A stretch of 64,000 nt of DNA, taken from Felis catus. Lineage: Eukaryota. A model generated the notes under the pieces. It made no database searches. It was not told the origin of the DNA and saw only the letters and a list, made by a program, of their open reading frames with translations. The stretch covers positions 41,356,001 to 41,420,000 of the forward strand of contig NC_058368.1 in the NCBI RefSeq assembly GCF_018350175.1, given 5' to 3'. Both the position numbers and the translations under genes were made by a program. Below, piece after piece: positions 12,646 through 24,446 of the stretch. Positions within the stretch are counted from its first letter, which is position 1. Every line of letters begins with the position of its first letter.

Positions 12646-12853
12646 TTTTTAATGGTTTTTATTAATTTTTGAGAGAGACAGAGACAGAGCATGAGCAGGG
12701 AGGGGCAGAGAGAGGGAGACAAAGAATCTGAAGTAGGCTCAAGGCTCTGAGCTGTCAACACAGAGCCCGACGGGGGGCTCAAACCCACAAACTGCGGGAT
12801 CATGACCTATGCTGAGGTCAGATGCTTAACTGACTGAGCCACCCAGGTACCCC
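12646..12853 (-). mobile_element. Can-SINE
   Basis: Full body ending cccaggtacccc; TSD aggaaagatttttt at 12596-12609 and 12854-12867. Confidence 0.96.
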
Positions 12854-14574
12854 AGGAAAGATTTTTTAATTAGCTTTGAATTTCAGTATGCTAAATGTGT
12901 TCATTCTTTGGGCATGTTCCTTGTAAAACGACTCTGAAGTAATAGGAAAAAATAAGACCATATATGCAAATATTGGTATAATTCCACACTGAATAGCCAA
13001 GTGTACATAGCATGAAGACTGGATTCCACTGGGGAGGGTAATATAGGAGTGTAAGGCCTAAGAACTAAATGGAACTTTTATTTCATGTGCTTTTACTTAA
13101 TAATAAGTAAGGAACCCTTTTCTGAAATTTGCTTGGAACTTAAGTGTTTAAACTCATCCTCTGAGACATTAAAGTCAAATTCAGAGACTATTGAGGGATA
13201 TGTCCCTGATATAGATCTAATTGTTGGAGAAAAACACATACATCTGTTAGGGTACTTTAGACATTACTTCTCTAAAAGGAGAAGGGCAGAACAAAGACTG
13301 AGGGAGGTGGGTATGAAATCGGAGAGAAAAGGAAATGTGCGTCCTTCTCATATTTTAAAGCTGTAGGAATAAGAGCTGTTATGTCTGTTGGCTTAGGGTG
13401 TACTGTTCGCAATCTAACATAGTTACAGATAATGGTTTATTTTTTAATGGAATTTGATGGTTTTTATGTCTAGAAATACAGAACATTCAAATCTTGCCCT
13501 AGATGGAGACTGATTCAAAAGGTTTATTTGAAGAGAGTGAATTAAGCTACCATCTTATAAGTAGCATTTATATACCCTATATATCAGTGAACTCAAGAAA
13601 AGTCTGCTTTGGGGCCCTGAGCTAGAAGTGAACGTTAAATGAGACCCCTAATCAGTTTGATGTCCTCCTTTTCTCAGGAGTATTTTGGGACACCTGCTAT
13701 CAGACAGCTAATGGTGAGAGGGACAGAGAAATCTGTACTGAAGACCCTGGACTGATTAATCCACATAACAGGACATCTGCAGGATTTGGAAAGTGAGAGA
13801 AAGAAACAACCTTGAAAACCCAGTCAGTCCAAGGAATTAAGTTTTTCATAGGTCTTCTTACTTCATGGAGGCAGGTTGCTCGAGAAAAAAAAATTAATTT
13901 CTGTCTTCAAAACATTAAAACCTGTCCTCTTTAGTAAATTTTAGTTTGAGAGACAAAGAGAAGGCTTTGCAAACAGGTCCAAGCTGTTGTTCAAGACTCC
14001 CTGCAGTCTGGTTGTATGACTCAAGGAATTCAATGATACTAAAGGCATCCATATGAGATGGAGAAGCTGTATGAGGTCTCTGGAAAGCTCTAATTGGAGT
14101 GTCTCAGCACAGATGCTAGTGTTCTGTAGCAGAGCCACGTCTTCAGCAGCAAAGAACCACTCTTTGTGTGAAAAATAACTTCTGTTAAATAGAGGAATGC
14201 CTGACCAAGGCAAGTGACTGCTATCAATGATGCCCAGCATTCATCCTGCTATTGTCAGGTTACCAAATCACAGAGTCAGGTGTTTGCAGAAGCCATCCAT
14301 TGGGCAATGAGAATGGTTCTTTCCCAATGGTACTGTGCCTGAACAGATCCAGAGGGGGTGGATCTGTTCTACAGATCTGCTTGTAGGTACTACAAGTACC
14401 TACAAGACTGCTTGTAGGTACTATAAGCAGTAGCCTAGATTCTGCCTCACCAGTGTCTATCCCCCAGTTCCCAACTCTGATCTCCTGGCTGACACAAGCA
14501 CAGTCCATAGGTGGCTTGAAAAGTTGTATGCAAGGTGAAAATGTAAAGCTGCCACAAGACAGAGAAATGAGGAT

Positions 14575-15037
14575 TTCACTAGTTTCCTTGGGCTTTCATA
14601 ACAAGGTACCACAAACTGGGTGGCATAAAACAGCACAAATTTATTCTTACATAGTTCTGGAAGCTAAATGGCTTAACTCAAGGTGTCAGCAAGTTCATGT
14701 TCCCTCTGAAGGCTCTGGAGAAGAATCCTTTCTTGCCTGTTCCTAGCTCCCAGTGATTGACAGAAATTGTTTGTGTTCTGTGTCTTACATCTGAATCACT
14801 CCAATCTCCACCTTGATGTTCATATGATGTTCTCCTTGTACTTGTCTTGTATCCAAATTTCCCTCTCCTTTCTCTTATAAAGACACCAGTCACTGTTTTA
14901 GGGGCCAACCTAATCCATTATGACCTCATACTAACTTGGTTACATCCACACAAACAGTATTTCTAAATAAGGTCACATTCACAGGTACCAGGGGCGGAGA
15001 CTTTAACATTTAGGGGAACACAATTCAACATACAATA
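14575..15037 (-). mobile_element. MaLR solo LTR (MLT1B/C-like) inserted in ERV-L pol
   Basis: actagtttccttgggctttcataacaaggtaccacaaactgggtggc...aaataaggtcacattcacaggtacc...acacaattcaacatacaata; 5-bp TSD aggat/aggag. Confidence 0.9.
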
Positions 15038-15331
15038 AGGAGTGGCAGTAAAGGGCAGTGACAATAAGAATACTCACTATGGGAAGGACCGGAAGGTGTA
15101 TACTTGGTAGTCACTTGGCATGAAGAAAGACCTGATCTGAGATCAGGAAACACATTTTCTGGGAAGTGATGATCATTTGGCAGTTGATGATGAGCCTGAA
15201 AGGATTGAGATCAGAAACTCAATGTCAAAGAGGTTGAAGAAATCAGCGTACATTTAGATTTACAGGAGTTAAGATTTTTGTATCTCAAATTAATGGCCAC
15301 TAAAGCTGATACACCACAAAGAACACATTCA

Positions 15332-15496
15332 GAGATGCCTGGGTGGCTCAATCTGCTGAGTGTCTGGCTTTGGCTCAGGTCATGATCTCACATTTCATGG
15401 GTTCGAGCCCTGCATCAAGCTCTGTGCTGACAGTTTGAAGCCTGGAACCTGCTTCAGATTCTAAGTCTCCCTCTTTCTGCCCCTCCCCCATTCATG

Positions 15497-15535
<39 letters not shown>

Positions 15536-15550
15536 AAAAATAAACATTAA
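15332..15550 (+). mobile_element. Can-SINE inserted in ERV-L pol
   Basis: Typical body, (CT)n; perfect 14-bp TSD aaagaacacattca at 15318-15331 and 15551-15564. Confidence 0.96.
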
Positions 15551-16778
15551 AAAGAACACATTCAAAACCTAGGTAGACAGGATGAGACAACCAGTGGACA
15601 TTAGCCAACTTATGTATTTGACCACTCTACTGGTTGTGGAAGAAGCCATGGATACAATGCCTGTGGTAGCAGGATGGAAACTATGGGTGTGGCCAGGGAT
15701 TTGGACTTCTTCTCAAAAAACCAGATATACCTTCTACTGATGCTTGGAGGTCTGAAATTTTCATAGCAGAGACCAATATTGAGCCTATGAAATGGTATCA
15801 TCCTTCCAGGAAACTTGTCTAGTCAATTCACAGCAAAGTAACTACATCAGGCACTTTCATCCTGGAGCACAGTATTTCATCCTAAACAGGATTGAGTCTT
15901 CAGTATAGGTTATCCTTTCCTGCCCAAAGTGTTTACTAGCACCACAATTCAAGACTTGTAGCATGTGGCATCACCCCATCTAAAAGACCCATTTTACAGG
16001 GAAGGTAATGTTTCAATGAGCACATGAGATCCATTGATTCTACTTTATCCAGAATTACCTGGCATTATGGAATAATAAGATATCTTAATAAAGGCTCAAC
16101 TAAGGCAACATTTTTGAAAAAAAACACTTCTCAGGGTTGAGACATTGTTTGCCAGGATACAGTGTATGCATTGAACTGATTTCTTGAAATATGGAGCTTG
16201 TATTCAACAATTTGTACTCAGTAACACACAGGGCAGGGATTGGGTAGAGCTGGCTTCTCTCACCATCACTGTCAGTCACCAATAAGAAATTAACGCTGGC
16301 TTGCCCAAAACGTTAGCCTCTGCTGGATTAGATGTGCTGATTCCTGGGGGTAGGAGGCTGGGGATATTTATACTAGGGAGCATGGAAGTTCTAGGTACAC
16401 ATACTGGGAGTAGTATGGAAATCAGAAGATCCACTTGGCCCTCTCTTGGTGCTTCCATGCTCATCACTATGGTAAAAGGACAATTGCAGCAATTTCAGTT
16501 ATGATCAAGAGTCTCAAGGTTTATACTCCTCAGAGATAAAGGTCTGTGTCAACTCATCAGGCAAGCAACCAAGACCAGAGGAAATGCTGCTTGAAGGGGA
16601 GACATGGCCAAAATTGGTGATGGAGAAAGGAGATGATAAATATCACTAACAGTCTTAGGGCCACTTCAGTAAAGAGAACTGTAGCTTATTCTACTATCCC
16701 TTGCATATTAAATCCTCTGTGGAAAACTTGAAGACTCAGTAACAAGGTGGACTTCATGCAGTGCACATGTAGATGGAG

Positions 16779-17182
16779 TGTGGGATGGATTTTTCATCCT
16801 TTTATCACCAGTGCCCCAGACTCACAACTACTAGGCTTCTCCCATGATTTCTGCCAAGGTAGAAGTAGAAAGCACTCATAGCATGGGCTCCTCAGAAGTA
16901 CAGGCATAAAAACTCTGAAGCAGAAATCTTTGATCAATTCCCATGAGAGCTGATGGACAAATACTTTGATTAGAACAGTCTTAGAAGGCATTCCATATGT
17001 TCCCCAGAAGCATCTGTTGCCTATTGAAATAAATCAATAATGCACCTTTATATTGGTTTTTCCTCTCTCTCTCTGTTTCACTTTCTCTGATTCCTCTCTC
17101 CTACTCTCTGGCATATGCTCTCAAACTACCTGCACAGAAGTATTGTCTCAACTCTGTTCTTGAGGACACCCAAGCTAACACA
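16779..17182 (+). mobile_element. ERV-L 3' LTR (LTR16-like)
   Basis: Follows the pol remnant; ends aaactacctgcacagaagtattgtctcaactctgttcttgaggacacccaagctaacaca, like LTR16 3' ends; start approximate. Confidence 0.7.
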
Positions 17183-17431
17183 GGAGACATTTTTGCCCCT
17201 CATTTTGGTATTGTTTAAATTATTAACCATTCTTGAAAAAAGTATGTCAAATCCCGATCTCTGCTTTATTTCATGAAAAGACATACCCAGAAGAATCTGG
17301 CAAAGTGTCACTCAGAAGAGGTTTTCTGAAGTAACTTAAGACAACATGAACACTACCCTGCTTGCTACCCATGGAGATCTCCATCCATCCATTCAACCAA
17401 CTATCCATGTATCTATCCATCCATCCATCCA

Positions 17432-18014
17432 TTATTTCATTCAAATCACTAATACTTTGATCTCTGTTATTTTCCAGGCAGCCTTTTCCATACTAAGAAT
17501 AAAACAATGAACAAGATAGAGTTCTCTACCCTCATGGAACTTACACAAAGTTCCAAGATAAACAAAATGAAATAATAAGCTTATATCACGTAGAAATGCA
17601 TACCAAGAATAAAATAATTAGGGAAGTAAAGGAATAAAGGGGGGGTAAGGATTGACATTTAGATACAGGGGTAGAAAAAGGTATCCTGAGAAGGAAACAC
17701 AACAACAGTGTACTGAAGGAATGAGGGAATGGGCCATCAACTACCTGGGGACAAGTTTTCGAAACAGAAGGAATACTGAGGAAAAGGACCTGAGGCAGGA
17801 GCATGCAGGGCACATAGCAGGAGAGTGTAGAGGCCTCCTCTGTAGTGTACAAAGGGGAGGGAAGTACTCAGGGGCAGATCATGTAGGGGTTTGTAGGTAT
17901 GACCTTTGAGTATTTTTAATAGTGTGATGGAAAGACACTGGAGTGCTTTGAACAGGGGCATAATAGGGTTTGAAAAAAGTTTTAAATGGCTCTCTGGCTG
18001 CTCTGTGGAAAATA
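17432..18014 (-). mobile_element. L2 3' region
   Basis: cattcaaat...ctaccctcatggaacttaca...aaaggacctgaggcaggagcatg...ggcagatcatgtagggg...ctctggctgctctgtggaaaata are L2 hallmarks. Confidence 0.8.
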
Positions 18015-18489
18015 CATTTTTAATGAAGCAAGTAAAGTTGTATTTTAAAAGAAAATCCAAAATCCTGCAAAGAAAATGGGAAACTTGAGGATAAATTAAA
18101 ATGACTACATTAACTTGTTGGAAATGTTCACAGACCTAGAGTCATTTTGTTAGTTTAGACACATAAATATTTATTATATGTAAAACGATTTAATATGCTT
18201 TTGGTTATTTCCTTCTGTTGCTCTTTCTCCCCATCCACATTAACCCTCCGCTGTGATCTTTTTACCTTTTAACAGGAAGACAGACAGAAAATTAGAAAGA
18301 ACAAAAATCTGCCCCGAAGAGGCTATTTGCTTCTGCTTAAAGAGAGGCCCCAAGAATATTATCAAGCAGCCATAGAGTCTAAGAATGGCCAGGTACAAAA
18401 TCAGCTAGTGTAAATGGATTGCCTAGAGGCAGTCGACATCCCACAGACAGGGAGGTACTAAAACTAGTGATGGAGAACTGCGAAATGGA

Positions 18490-18592
18490 ACGTAAGTTCC
18501 ACAAAGATCTTGGTTCGTATTTGTATCTGTGTAGACATAGTACCTAGCACAATTAAGCACAAAGTTAATGCCGAACAATTATTGCGTGAAAC
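18490..18592 (+). mobile_element. L2 3' terminal fragment
   Basis: gtaagttccacaaag...tagtacctagcaca...aacaattattgcgtgaa. Confidence 0.5.
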
Positions 18593-19091
18593 TGAAAAAA
18601 GAAAAGAAGAAGAGGCATCTCAGAATCTTTACTTGAGCTGCCATTTTACTGGAGACAAGACACAGATTATGTAATTTACCTTTGCTCCAGAAAGAGCAGC
18701 ATACCACTTTAACAGGTCACTGACAAGCATATGTTCCTGGCAGCCCAAGGTTGAGCAGGACATCCTAGTGAAGCTGGGTTCATTCCAGTTTGAAGAGCCA
18801 ATGATCATGGAGGGATGTCCAAATTAGAGGATTTTCTGGCAAGAGGATTCCATTGAGTGTTACTTGTGGATAAAACATTTGGCATTTTATGTTCAGGAAA
18901 TCTTGACACAAAAAGAAGACAAAAATCTAAAGTGTGATCTTGACCCTAAAGCAGGTAGTGTCTCAACAGCGTCTCAGGGTTCTCCTAACCATCAAAGAAA
19001 ACAGAGTTAATTGGAAAGTTAAACATTTTGTAAAACAATTTAAGGTTCACTTTAACTCTAAGGTAACATGAATTAGGTTTTAGACCACTCT

Positions 19092-19095
<4 letters not shown>

Positions 19096-19127
<32 letters not shown>
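19096..19127. repeat. (CT)n microsatellite
   Basis: Direct reading. Confidence 0.95.
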
Positions 19128-19131
<4 letters not shown>

Positions 19132-20929
19132 GTGAATATCTGAGATCGTTGACTGCTAAAATATGAATAGCTTTTCTGTAATCTGTTACAATCAAATGTT
19201 TTTGTGAAAACGTTGTGATTGCCTGTCTCTAAAAGCTTTATAGACAGAATGCAGAAGGCAAGGATAATGCTGAGACTCAAACCTCAGGGATTGCTTTGGT
19301 TAATTGCAGAGTTTTTTTTTTTCTCTTTTTATAATGCTGTGTCATCTAGGGGTTCCCAGCCCACTTGCATGGGTTCTGTTGCTTAGCTCCTTGTGTCTAC
19401 TGAACAGCTGTGAAATGTGGCAGCCTGGTGTGTGGAGACCACAAGTCACATTTGCAGCACGTGTTACCGCCTGGCCATTATCATTTCACATTTTTAAAGG
19501 ATATCAGCTGAAAATGAGTGACCAACTTTCAAAAGGCATTACAAAATCCATTTAGATAGATAGATGGATAGACAGATAAATGTGTACAACTTAATATCTA
19601 CACAACCTATATTTTATGTAAAAAATAAAAACAGCTAATTGAAACCAGAATTATTCATTGAGGCAAAAATCCTAAAGTGGTTACATAATAGGCACTCTAT
19701 TTTTATATATCATTATACATTTCAAAGGGAAAACATCATTGCTATTTTTGGGAAACTAGCCCTGAGGTTTAAAATGTGTCTTGTCTACCTACGCCTTTGA
19801 TTTTTTTTTCTTAATTGAGCAGATTTTGGAAATTGCTCTTATGAAATTCAATTACTATTTCTTAATGTACCAGGGTTTCCAGAGAATATGATTATAGTAA
19901 ATTCACAGAGATTATCCCACTGGCCAGTGGAAGCTGTGTGCAGGGAAGGAAAATGCCACCCAATCTGCCTTCAAAAATGAATTACCTACCAATGGTGGTC
20001 TTTATGGTAAGGCCACAAGCAATTACATGTTCCCCACCCTCTACCAAGAATTGCATTGGTCTTCCAGTTCTGCACTTCTGTCCTATGAAAGCATAACCTA
20101 AGAGAGAGAGAGAGAGCGGGTAAAAATGGCAGCATGAAACTTTGTGTACCAGCAGGTGTCTAGTCTCAGCCTCTGTGCTCTAATATATTTGAGTTTCCTA
20201 AGCAACTATGCTCCCTTGGAAACTGGTTAAACTGCTTCTATAGAAACTATTAACTGAGCAATTCCTCCTTCAAACCAGCTTTATGGAGAGAGTACAAGAA
20301 AATAATGGGAGAATATTTTCCGCTTCCTCGGTTCTTGAGATTTTCTCGTGGAGTATTTCAGAACTATACTGGGTAAATGTGAGCCCATATTTCCCTAGGT
20401 TTTCATTACTTTTCTGCTTATTGCATTGCATATGATACAGAGAAAGGATGTTGTTTCTTCATTGGATAGTTTTGGAAGACTAGGAAATTTCCCCAGTTTG
20501 CTTATGGGACTAATTTGACCTTTTCCTCTTCTAAACAATGGCACATAAATTAAAATGCTATAAAGTTTGGGCTCGATAGAAGATTGCATTAACCTGTTTC
20601 ATAATGAAATACATCTCACTGTTATTGAATTGAGTCACCTTTATGCATTATCATGAGAAACATGAGGTACTTGTTTAATATAATGAAAATGCACATTTTT
20701 GTTTAAGTACATATATTCTTGCGATTTCCTTTTATTATTCACACCTGTATGAAAGTTTAATTTGATCTATTTAGCCAGTCTTTAGATGTCCTGTAGATTG
20801 CCTTTCTTTGTTAATTTTAAGATGAGGAACGGTAAGTAGTCTAGGAGTACAAGTTACCTAAGGCCAAGATATTTGAGAACTGGCAAAAAGAAAAGTTATA
20901 CAAAATAAATCTTTATATATAAAATTCCT

Positions 20930-21155
20930 GGGGCGCCTGGGTGGCGCAGTCGGTTAAGCGTCCGACTTCAGCCAGGTCACGATCTCGCGGTCCGTGAGTT
21001 CGAGCCCCGCGTCGGGCTCTGGGCTGATGGCTCAGAGCCTGGAGCCTGTTTCCGATTCTGTGTCTCCCTCTCTCTCTGCCCCTCCCCCATTCATGCTCTG
21101 TCTCTCTCTGTCCCAAAAATAAATAAACGTTGAAAAAAAATTTTTTTTAAATAAA
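20930..21155 (+). mobile_element. Young SINEC_Fc-like Can-SINE
   Basis: Near-consensus with CpGs intact; TSD aaaattcct at 20921-20929 and 21156-21164. Confidence 0.98.
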
Positions 21156-22529
21156 AAAATTCCTTGGTTCACATTATGGTGCTTATAAAGTAAAAAGGAA
21201 AAAAGGAAAAATAATGCACTTGTTTTGAGATGTATTTTATCCATTCCAATACCGCGCCCATAAGGGCATGTATATAGTTCTCATTCCTAATTCCTTACTC
21301 AGAGAAGATAATCATAAGTGTGTATTCAGGAGATTTTTTTTTTAATGTGCAAGATAGAATGAATTGTAGACACCAAAATCTATCTAAAAAAACTGAATCA
21401 GCTCATTTATTCACAATAGGATACTTGTTGCTTTTCTCTGCATCATACTAAATTTACAAATATTCACAGATGGTATTACCTACATTCTCATCTCTTTAAA
21501 TTAAGCATTATTCAGGGACTAAATTGCATCCATCTCTTTATGCAGACATGTATGCTGTGCATACCTACATACACACACTTGCTTTTATTTAAATAACACA
21601 GTTATTATTTTTATCACATACACATTTGTTTTCAATTTTTTTTCTTTATCGTACCTCACTCCTACTCTCTGCCTTTCATTTTTGGTGTTTGTAAAATAAA
21701 TGTATAAGAGAGTTCTATATTATACATTTTAGCACTAGAAATAATCAATTAGTGTTTATGTCTTGGCTTATGATATCTCGTGTCATTTTTGGATTTTTTT
21801 ACATAATCAAATATTTCTATCTTTTATTCTGTAACTTATAGCTTTCTAATACTAAGTCATCAATTCTATACTATGTATATGTGTTTTATATTCCCCTTTC
21901 AATTTTTTTTGTTTTCTACATTTATGTCACTTGTGGGGGTAGAATTTCTTATTATTCAGTGTAAAGCCAGAGTCCAAATTTATTTCCTTCCATAGTGAGC
22001 TAAAAGGAAAGAGAGGTCCTCTATTCCATCATATACATAGAAAACGTATGGCTAATTAGCCATACAGAATCCTCTAAATCTTGGAAATTAGCTGTTATTC
22101 ATCATTGAGTTTCTAGAGACCATCAACACCTAAATTACACAATAATGTTATGAATAATAACTTCTATGTAAATCCTTCTAAAAGACACTTCACATTTTCT
22201 TGCTTTGTTAATAATGTTGACTTGATATATCTTAATATTTTATTAATGGCCAGGATTATCATTATAAAGCTGAGTAATTTCATTGCTCATTGATGACCTT
22301 AGCCATTTTCTGCCTTTACTTTACTACTCGCAATAAAATTGAACTTTGTTTACCATTCCTGCCTTAAATAGTCTCTTAACTCAATGTAGTGAAATACATG
22401 CCAGACTTCCTCCTAGCTAACACTGTAGAATTTCATCAGTGCCTTCACAAGAAATCTAAATGCTAAAATTTTTCAAATGTTCAGTGCTAAGCTTGTATTT
22501 TCTCTTTCTCTGCACTCTCTTGATCGGTG

Positions 22530-22997
22530 AGTTATGGGTTAAATTGTGTTCCACAAAAATATATGTTGGAGTCCTGACCCCCCAATACCTCAGAATGTGA
22601 CCAGATTTGGAAAGAGTGACCTTACAGATGTAATTAGTTAAGATGAGGTCAGACCGGAGTAGTCTGGGAACTTAATCCAATACGCCTGATATCCTTACAA
22701 GGAGAGAGAGACACAAAAAGCAAAATGTCATACGAAGGCACAGAGACACATTGGGAAGATGGCCATGTGAAAATGGGGGCCTAGATAGGAGTCATGCTGC
22801 CACAAACAGGGGACACCTGATGCCTCCAGAAACAGGAAAAGAAAAGCAGAAATCTTTCCTTAGAGACTTCAGAGGGAGCATGGCCCTCTAGACACCTTGA
22901 TTTATTTCTTCAAACCTTCAGAACAGTGGAAGAGTAAATTTCTGTGGTTTAAGTCCCTCTGTGCTACTTTATTATAGCAGCCCTGGGAAGCTAAGCG
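22530..22997 (+). mobile_element. MaLR solo LTR (MLT1B-like), apparently inserted in an L2
   Basis: gttatgggttaaattgtgttcc...cctcagaatgtgacc...gatgtaattagttaagatgaggtca...aaatttctgtggtttaag...tatagcagccctgggaagctaa. Confidence 0.9.
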
Positions 22998-22999
22998 AG

Positions 23000-24040
23000 T
23001 GACCCTATTGCCTTCCCAAGATTATATTCTATTCCAGTTTCTGTCAATACAGGTGTCTCTCTTCATGTGTAAGCAAAACAAATGAATGAAAGTTACTTTC
23101 AAATTTAACATGTAGTAAACTCGTAATTTTCCCCTCTCAACTGCTCCCCTCCCCCTCCTACAAACCAATGTCAGGCATCCACATTGCAGTGAATGGTTCT
23201 ACTATTTACTGAGTCATTCAAGCTGCAAATTGAGGAATCACATTGGATTCCACTCTTCCCCTCCCAGAGACCCCTCTATCACCACTAATTACGCCAAAGT
23301 GCCTCCAAAATCAAACTTACATTCTTTCCAGTGTCCTACCTCTCCTAATCAAACCAGTCCTCACCACCAACACTAATCTGGCTAATTTTAATAAGCCACT
23401 AATTTGTGTCCCCCTTTCACTCTGGCTATATTTCCATACAGATAACATCAATATTTTTGTAAGTGTAAAATAAATCTTGTAACACCTTGGCTTAGTGTTT
23501 TCTGTGTTTCTCCGTGGCACTCATACAGGAATTTAAACTCCTTAATGTAGATTGCATGACCTATCTGATGCGGCCTGGGCTTATTTCTCCAACTTCAAGC
23601 CAAGTCGCTCTTCTGCTTAATACCATCCATCCTCATTGCCCGTCTCTCAGTGGAGTCAGACTGTTTATGCTAGTCTCTTGAGTGAATCATTCTCTCTCAG
23701 AAGCACACTCATTCTTTTCCATGGGTGTCTCCTCCTCATTGCTCAAGTATCAGTTTAAAGTGCTACTTTCTCAGAGAAGCATTCTTTACTATTCTATCTA
23801 ATGTTGTAGCTGCACTCTATAACTATTAATCTATTTCAAAATCTTTGGCTATTGACTTCACTGCACTTGCCACAATATACAATATAAAACATACCAAAAA
23901 TCTATTTATATACAATTTTGATAGTTTCCTGTTGTCCCCTTAGACTCTAAGCAATGTGAAAAGAAGGGTCACAATAATTGCATCGTCCACTGTATCCCAT
24001 GTCTTAGCATTTGACCCAGCAATAAAATAGTACTCATTTA
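23000..24040 (+). mobile_element. L2 3' region (probably continues upstream of the MLT1 at ~22290-22529)
   Basis: cagtgaatggttctactat...aatcacattggattccactctt...aaactccttaatgt...cccttagactctaagc...ccactgtatcccatgtcttagca...tagtactca. Confidence 0.72.
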
Positions 24041-24120
24041 GGAAGGAAGAAAGGAAGGAAGGAAGGAAGGAAGGAAGGAAGGAAGGAAGGAAGGGAGGAA
24101 GGCAGGCAGGCAAGAAGGAA
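24040..24120. repeat. (GGAA)n/(GGCA)n tetranucleotide repeat at the L2 tail
   Basis: Direct reading. Confidence 0.95.
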
Positions 24121-24243
24121 TCACTACCCACAAACCTTAAATCATATATTTATAAAATGTGCATTATCGATAGATAATTGTTGTAAGGAAAAGAAAATAC
24201 TAAAGTATTAATTTCAAATATGTGTCAAGAATAAAAAATAATC

Positions 24244-24446
24244 TTTTTTTGATGTTTATTTTGAGAGGGAGAGAAAGTATAAGCAGGGGAGGAGCAGAGA
24301 GAGAGCAAGAGAGGGAATCCCAAACAGGCTCTGCAGTGTCAGCACAGAGGCTGACATGGGGCTCGAACTCATGAACTGTGAGATCATGACCTGAGCTGAA
24401 ATAAAGAGTTGGACATGTAACCGATCGAGCCACCCAGGCGCTCCCC
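24244..24446 (-). mobile_element. Can-SINE
   Basis: T tail, GA tract, gagatcatgacctgagctgaa, ends cacccaggcgctcccc. Confidence 0.95.

Larger units (their letters stand above)
13640..16684 (+). mobile_element. Decayed ERV-L class internal region (pol: RT, RNase H, integrase, dUTPase remnants), split by an MLT1 LTR and a SINE
   Basis: Manual translation with frameshifts: FSQEYFGTPAIRQLMVRG (~13670, RT LPQGY..SPA-like); EKALQ/QVQAVVQDSL (13958); LWKALIGVSQHR (14078); VKIFVSQINGH (15268); VDRMRQPVDISQL (15573); integrase-like NYI...ILNRI (~15840-15895); LASAGLDVLIPGG (16313, dUTPase region); terminal stop 16682-16684. Collinear with recalled HERV-L/MERV-L Pol. Confidence 0.85.

Noticed and set aside
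20913..21244. ORFs MGQRETEHE... recurring at 36997 and similar ones at other SINEs
   Set aside because: Antisense readings of Can-SINEs, not a gene family
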